From Eubacteriales bacterium (lineage in GTDB: Bacteria > Bacillota > Clostridia > Oscillospirales > CAG-272): DNA of 64,000 nucleotides. The notes below the pieces were generated by a model. It did no database searches and was not told the origin of the DNA. It worked only from the letters and a program-made list of their open reading frames with translations. Location: NCBI GenBank assembly GCA_048526005.1, contig DBFVEH010000005.1, positions 2,727 to 66,726 on the forward strand. The letters run 5' to 3'. The position numbers were made by a program, and so were the translations under genes. Shown here one piece after another: positions 47,268 to 55,915 of the stretch; position 1 is the stretch's first letter; each line of letters opens with the position of its first letter.

Positions 47268-47298
47268 ATGGTAAGGGACCACAGCGGTCCCATACCAT
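47268..47298. terminator. Bidirectional hairpin between convergent genes
   Basis: GGTAAGGGACC-acagc-GGTCCCATACC, an 11-bp stem with one mismatch, with T-rich flanks on both strands. Confidence 0.5.
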
Positions 47299-47325
47299 TT
47301 ATTGCACGTTTTTAGAAATTTTGCT

Positions 47326-47508
47326 TTATTTCTTGCTATCATTGTTGCGACTATTCCAATACTTATCATTGTTCGGATTGCACTGGTTTGCATGATTGTC
47401 ATAATTATCTTTGTAGGCACTATTATTGGGATTATGCTGATTTGCATAAGCATCAAGTTCTGTCCTTGTGTGGGTATGTCCGGATACTCCGTGTCCGCCT
47501 TTGCTCAT
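47326..47508 (-). CDS. 60-aa Asn/His-rich protein with tandem ANQxNPNNxxY motif
   Basis: MSKGGHGVSGHTHTRTELDAYANQHNPNNSAYKDNYDNHANQCNPNNDKYWNSRNNDSKK. No hydrophobic segment. Its ATG overlaps the TGA of the upstream nucleotidyltransferase (ATGA). Confidence 0.6.
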   Translation of the reverse strand: MSKGGHGVSGHTHTRTELDAYANQHNPNNSAYKDNYDNHANQCNPNNDKYWNSRNNDSKK

Positions 47509-48173
47509 TTTTGTCTACCTCCATTTCCGTATATTTCATTATAGACTTGATTGACGGCTTCCACATAAACAATAAATGAGGGATGCTCGCAGTCATTTTT
47601 CCTCAAATATAAATTTTTGAGTTTTACGTATCTGTCGCGGACTTCGAGCCACCCGTTTTTATTTTTGATTTTCTTGGACTTTTCCAACACATCATGTGAA
47701 TTGGGGACTTCACACCATGTGTATTGCCCCTGCTTACCGAAAGAATGTTGATTTTTATTATGAATCAGTCGGCAAAGCGTGCCATTGTTGTTTTTTTTTA
47801 CTATGGCAATATCAAAACTAAAATGTTTATTAGGTTCACCCCTGAAACAAAGATTGGATGTTAATACGGAAGTCGAATCTTGTCCATCAGTGAAGAAAGT
47901 ACCGCCGACTACTTGGTTGAGAACCTTCCGGATAGTTTCTTTCAATCTATGCAAATCCATATTCTCAGACAATTTAAGAATTTCAAGATTGTAATCAAGG
48001 TCATACTGACCATTACCGTTTACTGTCACCAGATTTCTTGCACCACTACCTACTAAGGTAAATTGGGTAACAATACCATGTTGCTCTTTCAATATATCGC
48101 TTATCTCAGTAAGAATTGAAGAACAGCAGGAGCGGTATACTTTCACTTCGGATTTATCAACTAATTTGTACAT
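47505..48173 (-). CDS. Minimal Pol-beta-superfamily nucleotidyltransferase (222 aa)
   Basis: LVGSGARN (G42-S43), YDLDYN (D58, D60) and FSFDIAIV (D121) give the hG[GS]-x(9-14)-DxD ... D pattern. GAAGGAGG RBS. Confidence 0.75.
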   Translation of the reverse strand: MYKLVDKSEVKVYRSCCSSILTEISDILKEQHGIVTQFTLVGSGARNLVTVNGNGQYDLDYNLEILKLSENMDLHRLKETIRKVLNQVVGGTFFTDGQDSTSVLTSNLCFRGEPNKHFSFDIAIVKKNNNGTLCRLIHNKNQHSFGKQGQYTWCEVPNSHDVLEKSKKIKNKNGWLEVRDRYVKLKNLYLRKNDCEHPSFIVYVEAVNQVYNEIYGNGGRQK

Positions 48174-48231
48174 AAGTACCTCCTTCTTTTTCCCATGCCT
48201 CCCATTTAGCTGTGCATCGCCAAATCATTAA

Positions 48232-48259
48232 ACTATATCACTTTTTTTGATTTTGTCAA
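48232..48259 (-). promoter_or_regulatory. Promoter of the nucleotidyltransferase module (TTGACA-16 nt-TATAGT)
   Basis: Reverse complement of 48254-48259 is TTGACA, and of 48232-48237 is TATAGT. Confidence 0.55.
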
Positions 48260-48867
48260 GTGCTTTTGAAAAAATATTTTGATAAAATCATTGGGAACAC
48301 CAGCCGACGGGAGGCACTGATGTCAATGTCGATGTATTCCATTTTGTAGGCGAGGGATAGAATGGAACGGAAAACCGTAGCATACCGGCTTGACCGTGCC
48401 GGCTGCCATCTGATCTCCCGGTTTGGCGCGAATATTCTGTCTGCCCTTGGAGATAACAAAGATGATATAGTCCTGCACATGGCGAACACAGAATTCGTCA
48501 AGGTGCATTTTCCCGTAGATCGGGATCAGATGAATCCAAATTATTTTTTGATAAAAGGCGAGGGTGCTCGGCGCAAGATCGTTCTTTTTGATCTCCATAT
48601 ATTTTTCGCAGAAATCCGGAAAAAGCATTTTTCCGGGGGAAGTTGGTACAGAATTCTTGTCGGCGGTACCTGTAAATTCACCGTTTAAGATTTGCACCTC
48701 GGTGGTTTCGATGAAAAAATTGAGTTCTTTTTGCAGTGCCGCATAACTAAGTTCGGTTTGGACGGCTTGAAAATTTTCGATACCGTTTTGTGGTTGCCGA
48801 GATCGTCCCGACCGACAGAAAACCTTACCAGATAAGCGCCGTTCGGCTTTTTTGTGATGCTTGCCAT
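48256..48867 (-). pseudogene. Tyrosine integrase, N-terminal approx 200 codons with at least 2 frameshifts and no catalytic domain
   Basis: Three consecutive frames: MASITKKPNGAYLVRFSVGRDDLGNHKTVSKIF (Arm-type N-terminus); MLFPDFCEKYMEIKKNDLAPSTLAFYQKIIWIHLIPIYGKMHLDEF (SAM-like core-binding); ...YATVFRSILSLAYKMEYID. Adjacent to the tRNA-Pro 3' end. Confidence 0.75.
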
Positions 48868-48980
48868 TTGTTTTTTCTCCCTATCGTTTTTGACCTCTTT
48901 TTCGGGGTGAAAAAGCGAAAGATCCGTGCCCGAAAGTCCGAGGCACGGATCTCAAAAAAGAGAGGAAACAAGAGAAAAAC

Positions 48981-49015
48981 AAAGAAAAAACGGAGAACCG
49001 TTTGATTCTCCGTTT
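48981..49015 (-). terminator. Terminator downstream of tRNA-Pro (bidirectional hairpin)
   Basis: ACGGAGAA / TTCTCCGT 8-bp stem (48990-48997 / 49006-49013) with T-runs on both strands. Confidence 0.6.
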
Positions 49016-49091
49016 TGGTCTGAGTGACTGGACTTGAACCAGCGGCCTCTACCACCCCAAGGTAGCGCGCTACCAACTGCGCCACACCCAG
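49016..49091 (-). tRNA. tRNA-Pro (anticodon GGG)
   Basis: Hand-folded 76-nt cloverleaf: CTGGGTG-TG-GCGC-AGTTGGTA-GCGC-G-CTACC-TTGGGGT-GGTAG-AGGCC-GCTGG-TTCAAGT-CCAGT-CACTCAG-A-CCA. The C1:G72 pair is typical of bacterial tRNA-Pro. Confidence 0.9.
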
Positions 49092-49207
49092 ATTTTCAGC
49101 GTGTCTATCATTATAGTCTTTTTCTTTTGTAATGTCAAGAGTTTTATCAAAGAAAGAGGGCATTCCGCGCCCGCAAAGGAGCGCGGAATGCTTTGATTTT
49201 TGGCTCC

Positions 49208-49582
49208 TTATTTGATTTCGACGGTCGCGCCGGCAGCCGTAAGGTCGGCTTTGATCTTTTCGGCGTCTTCCTTGGAAACGCCTTCTTTGAGCGTCTTCGG
49301 AACAGCCTCAACGAGCTCTTTGGCTTCTTTGAGTCCGAGACCGGTGACCTCACGAACCGCTTTGATAACGCCGAGCTTGCTGTCGCCGAAGGATGTAAGG
49401 ACGACGTCAAATTCGGTTTTCTCTTCTGCTGCGGGAGCAGCTGCACCGCCGACTGCGGCTACGGCGACAGGAGCTGCGGAAACGCCGAACTCCTCTTCGA
49501 GAGCCTTTACAAGGTCAGCAACCTCAAGAATGGTAAGCGCTTTGATTTCATCAAGAATAGCAGTAATTTTTTCAGATGCCAT
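49208..49582 (-). CDS. rplL: 50S ribosomal protein L7/L12
   Basis: [29 protein letters not shown] ... [22 protein letters not shown] ... ATVEIK. Confidence 0.95.
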   Translation of the reverse strand: MASEKITAILDEIKALTILEVADLVKALEEEFGVSAAPVAVAAVGGAAAPAAEEKTEFDVVLTSFGDSKLGVIKAVREVTGLGLKEAKELVEAVPKTLKEGVSKEDAEKIKADLTAAGATVEIK

Positions 49583-49637
49583 GATAATTTTACCTCCTCT
49601 GAATATGAATTAGATTTTTGAGAAATGATTTTCGTGA

Positions 49638-50144
49638 TCAAGCGGATGCTTCGCCCGACTTGTCGATATACGCCTGAAGGACATAAGCCAGACCGTAAAG
49701 GGAAGACTGAAGACTTCCGAGGACCTTGCCGATGAGCACTTCCTTGGACGGAAGATCGGCAAGCTCATTCACTCCTGCGGCATCGAGGATTTTTCCATCG
49801 ACAAAACCGGCCTTGATTTCAAAAGATTCCACCTTGTCGGCGTATTTTTTGAGAATTTTGGCGGCAGCGACCGGATCCTCGGCGCTTGTAGCAACGGCTG
49901 TCATTCCTTCGAGAACGTTTGAAAGCTCGCTGTAGCCGGCATTTTCACATGCTCTTTTGGTCAAAGTGTTTTTGATGACGCCGTATTCGACGCCCGCTTT
50001 GCGGAGCTCGCTTCTGAGCGCTGTGTCATCCTCGACGGTAATACCCTCGTATTTGACGATGACGCCTGCAACAGCGTTTTTCATTTTCTCGGTCAGATCG
50101 GCGACGATCTGTTTTTTGGATTCGAGAACCTGTGCACTTGGCAT
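49638..50144 (-). CDS. rplJ: 50S ribosomal protein L10
   Basis: MPSAQVLESKKQIVADLTEKMKNAVAGVIVKYEGITVEDDTALRSELRKAGVEYGVIKNTL. GGTGGTGA RBS before the ATG at 50144. The upstream part of the ORF-track call is leader sequence. Confidence 0.9.
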   Translation of the reverse strand: MPSAQVLESKKQIVADLTEKMKNAVAGVIVKYEGITVEDDTALRSELRKAGVEYGVIKNTLTKRACENAGYSELSNVLEGMTAVATSAEDPVAAAKILKKYADKVESFEIKAGFVDGKILDAAGVNELADLPSKEVLIGKVLGSLQSSLYGLAYVLQAYIDKSGEASA

Positions 50145-50340
50145 AATTTCACCACCCTTCGATTCATGAAAGCTAAGCTTTGACATGTGTCCGTTTTTTG
50201 GGATCTCCCGAAACAAACACAAAATAAAAAGCCTTTTCTGCAAATCCATAGAAATACAGAAAAGACCTAAAATCGGCATTTTATCATCTTTCCTCGGCAG
50301 GGAAGCTCAGCTTTTAAGGAAACCTGCTGTCTTAGGATTG
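50145..50340 (-). ncRNA. Probable ribosomal-protein L10 leader with an internal attenuator hairpin
   Basis: Approx 200-nt untranslated leader between the promoter and rplJ. It contains a GTCTTTTCTG / CAGAAAAGGC stem (plus-strand 50231-50268) followed by TTTTTATTTT on the coding strand. The leader class is assigned by position only. Confidence 0.45.
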
Positions 50341-50347
50341 CCAAAAC

Positions 50348-50376
50348 AGGATAGCATAAAATATTGGGTTTGTCAA
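50348..50376 (-). promoter_or_regulatory. rplJL promoter (TTGACA-17 nt-TATCCT)
   Basis: Reverse complement of 50371-50376 is TTGACA, and of 50348-50353 is TATCCT. Confidence 0.5.
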
Positions 50377-50474
50377 GAGTTTTTTAAAAAATAGTTATCA
50401 TCGTATGGATATAGAAAGGGAGAAAGTAATGTTACGTTATCCCTTTAAACGGAAAGGCCGCGCGTTTTTGCGTT

Positions 50475-51482
50475 TTATCGCATTCGTTTAAAACCGTCTG
50501 TCCGGTGATCTTTGATCGGAATCAGCAGGTCAAGCTGCATGAGCTTATCCATTTCGTCGGGGGAGATGTCCAATGACCAGAGATTTTTAAAGTTCAAATG
50601 TTCCTCCAAAAGTCCGGACATACAAGCGGCATTGCCGAGCTCCATCTCTATTTGCTCGTGATTTTCCACCCAGCTCCAAAGCCAGTGCCATTCTTCAAAT
50701 GCGCCCATGGGGATCGTATGCGCGGCATATAATCCGCCGGGGAACTGTTTTTTGACAAACGGCGCTTCGACCTCCCAGTCGTCGGGGATGGTCAGCCATC
50801 TTTCATATCCGTGGTCGCTTCCGTCCGCTTTCGTTCCATCAGGATGATTGAAGCCGTAGTATTTGAAATCCGGCTTGTGCAGATCTAAGCGTGTTTTTTT
50901 GATAAACTGTCTGGCCATGGCATCGGTGTCGAGCTCAGGGGTTCCGCCGATGGCGTGAATGCTCGCGACTGCCGCCGGCGGCAGATACACGATGCGTACA
51001 TCCTTGTCGGAAAGCTTGCTCAGTGTTTCGCTGGCCTGACTCAGCTCCTCCATGGTTTTCTTTTCCTTGAAATTCATTTTGGAGACCGTAAGCGAGTCGA
51101 TGATGTCGAGCAGTTCGTCGTCCGGCAGCGCGAATTTCGCGGTGTTCAGATTCAGCTTTTGGATGAAAATTTCGATGATGCTGCGGATGGTCGATAACGA
51201 GGTGATTTCCTCGTCGATCTCGGATAGACTATGCTCCAATACCTCGATGGCCACTTTCGCGCTGTCGCTTTTCAGGATTTCCGCGATTTGTCTGAGCGGG
51301 ATTCTGAGCTTGCGCAGAATCATGATCTGTCCCAGTCTCGTGACGGTGTCTACGTCATAAGTCCGATAAGCGAAATCCTCTTTCTTGACGGGGGAAATAA
51401 GTCCGATCTGCTCGTAATAGCGCAGCGTTCGCGTCGAGATGCCGAAGCGTTTGGATACTTCACTGATCGTTTGCAGTTCCAT
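50475..51482 (-). CDS. MerR-family transcriptional regulator with a C-terminal effector-binding (GyrI-like) domain
   Basis: ISEVSKRFGISTRTLRYYEQIGLISPVKKEDFAYRTYD is a MerR HTH. The C-terminal domain is approx 200 aa. Confidence 0.85.
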   Translation of the reverse strand: MELQTISEVSKRFGISTRTLRYYEQIGLISPVKKEDFAYRTYDVDTVTRLGQIMILRKLRIPLRQIAEILKSDSAKVAIEVLEHSLSEIDEEITSLSTIRSIIEIFIQKLNLNTAKFALPDDELLDIIDSLTVSKMNFKEKKTMEELSQASETLSKLSDKDVRIVYLPPAAVASIHAIGGTPELDTDAMARQFIKKTRLDLHKPDFKYYGFNHPDGTKADGSDHGYERWLTIPDDWEVEAPFVKKQFPGGLYAAHTIPMGAFEEWHWLWSWVENHEQIEMELGNAACMSGLLEEHLNFKNLWSLDISPDEMDKLMQLDLLIPIKDHRTDGFKRMR

Positions 51483-51593
51483 AGGTTGTTCTCCTTTTGT
51501 TTTATATGTATATAGGACAGGATCAGTATACAGGTTGACGCGACGTCAAAGTCAAGATATATTTTAATATTTTATCGGACTTAGGGCGAACGG

Positions 51594-52358
51594 CTATTCC
51601 ATGCGCACCGAAATTTCTCCGCCGGTGAGAATGATCCTTCCGCCGCCGTCTCCATCGACGATCAGACCGCCGTTTTCCGCGAGTCCCGCGGCGGTGCCGG
51701 ATCCGTTTGCTGCGCCGAAGTAGCGGATTTTTCTGCCGATGACGCAGCTTTTTTCCGTACAGTAGGAGATCAGTTTTTGCGGAGATTCGCCTAAAGCGGC
51801 ATAAAAATTCTGCCGGATTTTCTCAAAAAGCTTGAATTTCAGCTGCGTATCGCCGGACAAGGCGCCCGCGATATCGGCGATTTCCTCCGGAAAATCCGGC
51901 TTGCCGATGTTGACGCCGATGCCGACGACATATCCGAGAACCGTATCGCCCTCGGAAAGCGCCTCGGCAAGAATGCCGCAGACCTTTTTCCCGTCCAGCA
52001 GGATGTCGTTGACCCACTTGATTTTGGCGTCAAAGCCCTCTCTTTCGGCGGCGCGGCATACGGCCGCCGCCGCCGCGGTCGTGAGAAGCTCCGCGGGCAG
52101 GGAAAAGCTCCCCGCCGGGACGGCGATGCTGAAATACAGCCCTCCCTCGGAGAAAAAGCTGCGTCCGAGACGGCCTCGGCCGGCGGTCTGTCGGTCGGCG
52201 AGCACGATGAATCGGCGGTTTTGTTCGGATTCCGCGAAAAATATCTCTTTTGCCGTCAGATTGGTGGAGCACAGCTCTTCATAATAGTATAACGGTATTG
52301 CCTTGGATTTTCCGTCCTCATAAACGGCGGAGGGAATCGGATAGGTCGAATGAATCAT
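51594..52358 (-). CDS. birA: Biotin--[acetyl-CoA-carboxylase] ligase (no N-terminal HTH)
   Basis: QTAGRGRLGRSFFS, KWVNDILLDGKKVCGILAE, 254 aa. Confidence 0.85.
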   Translation of the reverse strand: MIHSTYPIPSAVYEDGKSKAIPLYYYEELCSTNLTAKEIFFAESEQNRRFIVLADRQTAGRGRLGRSFFSEGGLYFSIAVPAGSFSLPAELLTTAAAAAVCRAAEREGFDAKIKWVNDILLDGKKVCGILAEALSEGDTVLGYVVGIGVNIGKPDFPEEIADIAGALSGDTQLKFKLFEKIRQNFYAALGESPQKLISYCTEKSCVIGRKIRYFGAANGSGTAAGLAENGGLIVDGDGGGRIILTGGEISVRME

Positions 52359-52370
52359 AATGCTCCTTTC

Positions 52371-53768
52371 TCACTTCCCGACACAGAAGCGGTGGAAGAT
52401 GCTGTCCACAACGTCCGCCGTGACCTGTCTGCCGTCGAGTTCGCCGAGCCTTGCCATAGCGGCCTCCAGCTCCGTGCAGGCGATATCCGCGCCGAAGCTG
52501 TCAAGCGCTGTCGCGGCGTCGCCGACGTGAGCGAGCGCCTCCGATGCGGCCGCGAATTGTCTTGCATTTGTGATGACGGTATGATCCTCGGCGCCGAGGT
52601 CTCCGTTCACAAACATATTTTCGATGATTTTGACAAGCGCGCCGCGGCTTTGCTTCTCCTTGGCGCAGAGCCGGACAGGCGCCGTGCCGAGCTCCTTTTC
52701 AAGCCGCGCCGCGTCGGCTTTTTCGGGAAGATCGTTTTTGTTGAGAATGGCGATAACAGCGGCGCCCTCCGCCGCTCTTTCCCGTATAAGGGCGAGCACC
52801 TCTGCGTCCTCTTCGTCGAACGGGGCTGCGGCGTCGAATACGGCGAGAATGAGCTCCGCCTCGGAGAGAGCTTCCTTGCTTTTGGCGACGCCGATGCTTT
52901 CCACGGCGTCCGATGTGGAGCGGATCCCGGCGGTGTCCGAGAGACGCAGCGTGACAGCCCCTGCCGTCACGACCTCGGAAACCACGTCCCGCGTAGTCCC
53001 CGCGATATCGGTCACAATGGCGCGCTCTTTTTCGGCGAAAAGATTCAAAATCGTCGATTTCCCGGTGTTCGGCTTCCCGATGAGAACGGTGCGGATTCCT
53101 TCGCAGACGGCATGTCCGGTTTTGTAGGAATCGCAGAGCCTTTCAAGCTGCGAGCCGATCAGGGCTAATTCGGAGCGGATTTCCTCCGTGCTCATCTGCG
53201 AAAGCTCCTCATCGGGGAAATCGATCGCGGCGTATACGCCGGAGACGACGGCTTTTAGGCGGTCATAAAGCTCGTCGGTTTTGCGTCGGATCCCGCCGTC
53301 CAAATTCTTTCTTGAAAGCAGGAGGGAGGCGCGCGTTTCCGCTTCGATCACGCCGATGACGGCCTCCGCCTCGGAGAGGGAAAGCTTGCCGGCGGAGAAC
53401 GCGCGGCGGGTAAATTCCCCGGGACCTGCCGGCGCGGCGCCGCATTCCAAGGCGCGCGAAAGGATGGCTTCCGTCAGCAGGATGCCGCCGTGGCAGCTGA
53501 TCTCGACCGTGTCCTCTCCCGTATAGGATCTCGGCGCGCGGTATACGGTTATGACCGCTTCGTCGAGAATGCTTCCGTCCGAAGCCGAAACGGCGGCGAG
53601 GCACGCCGTATTGGCTTTGATGTCGGAGAGGGGAGCGCCGGATTTCGGGTGTATAAATTTTTCACAAATAGGGAGCGCGCCGCCGCCGGAAATCCGGATG
53701 ACGGCGATCCCTCCTTTCCCGCGCGGTGTAGAAACCGCGGCGATGGTCGAATCGAACAGGGAATACAT
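52371..53768 (-). CDS. mnmE: tRNA modification GTPase MnmE
   Basis: TIAAVSTPRGKGGIAVIRISG, GKPNTGKSTILN, DTAGIR, C-terminal FCVGK. Confidence 0.9.
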   Translation of the reverse strand: MYSLFDSTIAAVSTPRGKGGIAVIRISGGGALPICEKFIHPKSGAPLSDIKANTACLAAVSASDGSILDEAVITVYRAPRSYTGEDTVEISCHGGILLTEAILSRALECGAAPAGPGEFTRRAFSAGKLSLSEAEAVIGVIEAETRASLLLSRKNLDGGIRRKTDELYDRLKAVVSGVYAAIDFPDEELSQMSTEEIRSELALIGSQLERLCDSYKTGHAVCEGIRTVLIGKPNTGKSTILNLFAEKERAIVTDIAGTTRDVVSEVVTAGAVTLRLSDTAGIRSTSDAVESIGVAKSKEALSEAELILAVFDAAAPFDEEDAEVLALIRERAAEGAAVIAILNKNDLPEKADAARLEKELGTAPVRLCAKEKQSRGALVKIIENMFVNGDLGAEDHTVITNARQFAAASEALAHVGDAATALDSFGADIACTELEAAMARLGELDGRQVTADVVDSIFHRFCVGK

Positions 53769-53864
53769 CAAAATCGTCCTTTCATTGGGCTTGCGCGTTA
53801 TTTTCAACGAGAAACGGGACTCTGCGCATTTCCGATTCCGGAAAATGCGGGAGTCCCGTCGGTT

Positions 53865-54746
53865 TTACTGCTGATTGTTGCTCGAAAATTCCTTGAGCTT
53901 GGCGAAATAGCTGTCGAGATCCTTCGCCTTTTCAATTTTGCGGGGCGCGGGACGCGGCGCATCCGAGCGTCTGCGCGGCGTATACGTGCTTTCGCTCTTT
54001 TCCGTTTTGCGCTCCGTCCGGCTTCGGTCGGGACGCTCCGATTTGTTTTCGCGGCGCTCGCCGGAACGCGGTCTGCTCTTTCTTTCGGGCTTTGCAAGCT
54101 CCGTCGGCTTTGCGGCGCCCTCCGGGAAGATGATGACGCGGCGATTTCCCTCCGCGCCGACGGAATTGGTCGATACGCCTTCGATTTTTTGAATCTCCGC
54201 GTGGATGATCCGGCGTTCGTAGGCGTTCATTGGCTCAAGCGCGATGTTCTTTCCGCTTTTCTTTACCTTGGCCGCCATTTTTGCAGCAAGCTTGCGGAGC
54301 GTTTCCTCTCTCTTTTCGCGGTAATTTTCGATATCGATGCTGATTCTCGTGTATTGGCGGTCCTCGTCGTCCTTCTTGTTTGCGGCGAGATTGACAAGAT
54401 ACTGGAACGCTTCCAGCGTGTCTCCGTGATGTCCGATCAGTGCCGAAGCGCCGTCGCCGGTGATCGTGATCAGAGCTTCTCCGTCGCCGTCGTCGTGAAT
54501 GATGACCTCGCCGGTGATGCCGAGGTCGGTCATCAGCGTTTCGATGAAGCTGCGCGCGGCCTCGAGCGGCTTTAAGATATAGGTGACTTTCACCTTGGCA
54601 GGGGAGCCGCCCATGCCGAGAAAGCCTTTTTTCGGCTCTTCCAAAACGTCGGTTGTAATACTTTCGCGGGAAACGCCGAGCTCCAGCGCGCCCTTTTCGG
54701 CGGCTTCCTCGACGGTTTTCGCGGTGATGATGATTTCTTTTTTCAT
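53865..54746 (-). CDS. khpB: RNA-binding protein KhpB/Jag (Jag_N-KH-R3H) with a basic C-terminal tail
   Basis: MKKEIIITAKTVEEAAEKGALELGV, the R3H region LEPMNAYERRIIHAEIQ, then approx 85 aa of R/K/S/E-rich low complexity. Confidence 0.85.
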   Translation of the reverse strand: MKKEIIITAKTVEEAAEKGALELGVSRESITTDVLEEPKKGFLGMGGSPAKVKVTYILKPLEAARSFIETLMTDLGITGEVIIHDDGDGEALITITGDGASALIGHHGDTLEAFQYLVNLAANKKDDEDRQYTRISIDIENYREKREETLRKLAAKMAAKVKKSGKNIALEPMNAYERRIIHAEIQKIEGVSTNSVGAEGNRRVIIFPEGAAKPTELAKPERKSRPRSGERRENKSERPDRSRTERKTEKSESTYTPRRRSDAPRPAPRKIEKAKDLDSYFAKLKEFSSNNQQ

Positions 54747-54778
54747 GAGAGCAATTCGTCTTTCTTCATAATTGTTGA

Positions 54779-55915
54779 TTATTTTTTCGATTTTTTGTTT
54801 TTCTTGAGCGGGGCCTTTTTGATGACGGAGGAGCTTTCTTCTCCGTCTTTGCTTTGCGTGCCCGTGGAATTGATCAGCTCGGCACGCTCGTCATAGATCG
54901 AGGAATATGTGCCGAGGTCCGCATATTCGTCGTCGTCCATCGGACGGGCAAGCGCCGCCTTGGTTTTTTCAAGATTTTCTTTTTTTGCGGCCTTACCGAA
55001 ATATTCGCGCTCCGCCGCCTTATAATCCTCTTCGGTGAATTTGGGAAGCGGGATCGCTTTATAGAGGATGAACTGCTGGAGCATTCCGAGAAGCGTGTTG
55101 AAAATCCAGTAGATACCGAGTGCCGCCGGGAAAGAAAACGCGAGCCATGCGGTGATGGCGGACATGATGACCGTCATGATCATCGTCTGTTTTCCGTTTC
55201 CTGCGTTGTCCTGCATGGGCTGGAACGTCAGCTTTCTCGAAATAAACGACGAAAGGACGGTAAATACAAAGTTGAGCAGCGGGATGAGGACGAGCCACGT
55301 CGTCCACGACGGCGTTTTGGCAAGCGCCGTCGGGTCTCCGAAGAGACTGAAATTCGGCAGATCGGAAAGAACGACCTGTCCCACTTCTCCAAGAGAAGCA
55401 TTGAGCGCCTCGAGATTATCCTGCGTGAGATATTGAACAAGGTCGATATCCCGTCCGGAAAAGACGCCGTCCTTAAAGCTTTTCAGCGCAATGCCGAGAT
55501 CGTTGTTGATAAAACTCGCGATGCCGTTGAGCATATCCGTCGAATATTTGCAGATATATTTGAGCGGATTGTAAACGATTCCGTAAAGAATCATGATGAT
55601 CGGGAGCTGAATGAGCATCGGCAGGCATCCGCCCATCGGATTGTAGCCTTCCTTTTGGTAGAGGTCCATGATCTCATTCTGCATCTTCTGCATGGTGGGC
55701 TGGTCGGTCCTGCCCTTGTATTTGCTGCGGATCGCCATTTCCTTTGGCTTAAGTCTTGCCTGCTTGACGGAATTTTTCTGCTGCTTGATTCCGAAAGGAC
55801 AGAGGATGATTTTGATCATCAGCGCGAATAAGAACAGCGCCAGCAGATAATGTCCCGTAAACGAATCGAAAGCGGCAAGGATGCTTCCGAAAAACCGATT
55901 GATTGCATCTATCAT
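54779..55915 (-). CDS. yidC: Membrane protein insertase YidC/SpoIIIJ family
   Basis: [15 protein letters not shown] motif, five TM segments, and a Lys-rich C-terminal tail. Confidence 0.9.
   Translation of the reverse strand: MIDAINRFFGSILAAFDSFTGHYLLALFLFALMIKIILCPFGIKQQKNSVKQARLKPKEMAIRSKYKGRTDQPTMQKMQNEIMDLYQKEGYNPMGGCLPMLIQLPIIMILYGIVYNPLKYICKYSTDMLNGIASFINNDLGIALKSFKDGVFSGRDIDLVQYLTQDNLEALNASLGEVGQVVLSDLPNFSLFGDPTALAKTPSWTTWLVLIPLLNFVFTVLSSFISRKLTFQPMQDNAGNGKQTMIMTVIMSAITAWLAFSFPAALGIYWIFNTLLGMLQQFILYKAIPLPKFTEEDYKAAEREYFGKAAKKENLEKTKAALARPMDDDEYADLGTYSSIYDERAELINSTGTQSKDGEESSSVIKKAPLKKNKKSKK

Larger units (their letters stand above)
42013..49015. mobile_element. Decayed integrative (conjugative/mobilisable-transposon-like) element inserted next to tRNA-Pro
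   Basis: AT-rich block between the ntp terminator and the tRNA-Pro 3' end. It contains integrase fragments at both ends, a TnpV-like pseudogene, a small transfer-assisting-like ORF and a replication-type HTH ORF. Confidence 0.55.
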
